64,000 bases of DNA from the human T2T-CHM13v2.0 reference genome, Homo sapiens, in NCBI RefSeq assembly GCF_009914755.1, contig NC_060942.1; one strand, 5' to 3'. The position numbers and the translations under genes were made by a program. Below the pieces are notes generated by a model. It saw nothing but the letters and a program-made list of their open reading frames with translations. It did not search any database and was not told the DNA's origin. Below, piece after piece: positions 62,756 through 64,000 of this stretch (positions are counted from its first letter, which is position 1; each line of letters begins with the position of its first letter).

Positions 62756-63143
<388 letters not shown>

Positions 63144-64000
63144 CCATATTTCCATAAAATCCCTAACACTCAGTCAGTGTTCTGTAAATAACAGCTTTGT
63201 GGATAATGACTCCTGAGACCCCCAGGTAAGGAGATGGAGGCCCAGAGAAGGTGGTGTGCCTCAGCTGGAGCTCATTCCGGATAAGAACCTTCCACAAAAA
63301 CAAGAACTGCATCCTATACTCTTCCTGGACTCTTCCTGGTGCTTGCTCCAGCCAAGCACTCAGCCAGCTCCACTTCCCTCTGTACTTGTATCTCCACTCC
63401 AACCCCTCCAGAGGCAAGGCTGGCACTGCCCTCACACCAAAGAAAAAAGAGCTCCCTGAACTGCTCCTGATAGGACAGTGGCCTGTCAGCCTCAGCCAGC
63501 AATCCATGTGTGTCAGAGACAGGAGCCCTGAAAGTTACAAAGCCTCTCCTGTGCACACAGACCTGCCAACTCTCCGCCATGCCCATCCCTAGACACCCCC
63601 ACACCTCATGTGTGTGGGTGGATGTGACCGGGAATGTGTCTAGAGGCCTGAGATGGGGGATGAGAAGGTGGAACCACGATATGGCCATGCAGTGGGCTGC
63701 AGCCTGCTCTGTGCTGGGCGAGGTGGAGAGAAGCCTTCCTCCTGCCCCCTGGCCAAAGGCCCCGCATGTTCCCCAAATCCTAAGCAGATAAGACATCTTT
63801 CTGTGCTGCTTATGAGCATTCAAGTGTGCCTGGAGGGCAGCTGTGGATGGGTGTCCTGTGTCCTCTGGGTTTCGGGGACTCGTAACCTGGTTCACTGCTG
63901 AGCCAGGGCTGGGGCTGACCCTCCCCCTCCTTCTGCGGCCACTGCTGGCTTCTGCTCCCCTCGCACCACTGTGCCCCAGTCTTCCCTCACCCACTGTCTT

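Noticed and set aside
63314-63994. 226-aa minus-strand ORF
   Set aside because: No recognisable domain or similarity to CELF4 exons; typical random GC-rich intronic ORF.

Overview
Primate (very likely human) genomic DNA with many Alu elements. The whole window lies inside the neuronal RNA-binding-protein gene CELF4 (BRUNOL4), on the minus strand. Eight coding exons (4-11 by conventional numbering, recalled from memory) splice in frame into RRM2, the Gln/Ala-rich divergent domain and the first part of RRM3. Positions 20310-64000 are the 3' part of a very long intron 3; exons 1-3 and the last coding exon lie outside the window. Almost all entries in the ORF track are spurious. Best non-obvious signals: (1) three head-to-tail REST/RE1 sites at exact 17-bp spacing in intron 8; (2) a minisatellite giving ten RBFOX UGCAUG sites just upstream of exon 10; (3) a 1.1-kb UG-rich tract directly upstream of a candidate cryptic/poison exon; (4) several microexon-shaped acceptor/donor pairs in intron 3; (5) tandem splice sites and an alternative donor that removes 20 aa of RRM3; (6) a cluster of perfect, partly mutually exclusive hairpins. 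None of these can be shown from sequence alone to be a new biological system. They are testable hypotheses about layered transcriptional and splicing control of CELF4. No conservation, expression or database data were available.
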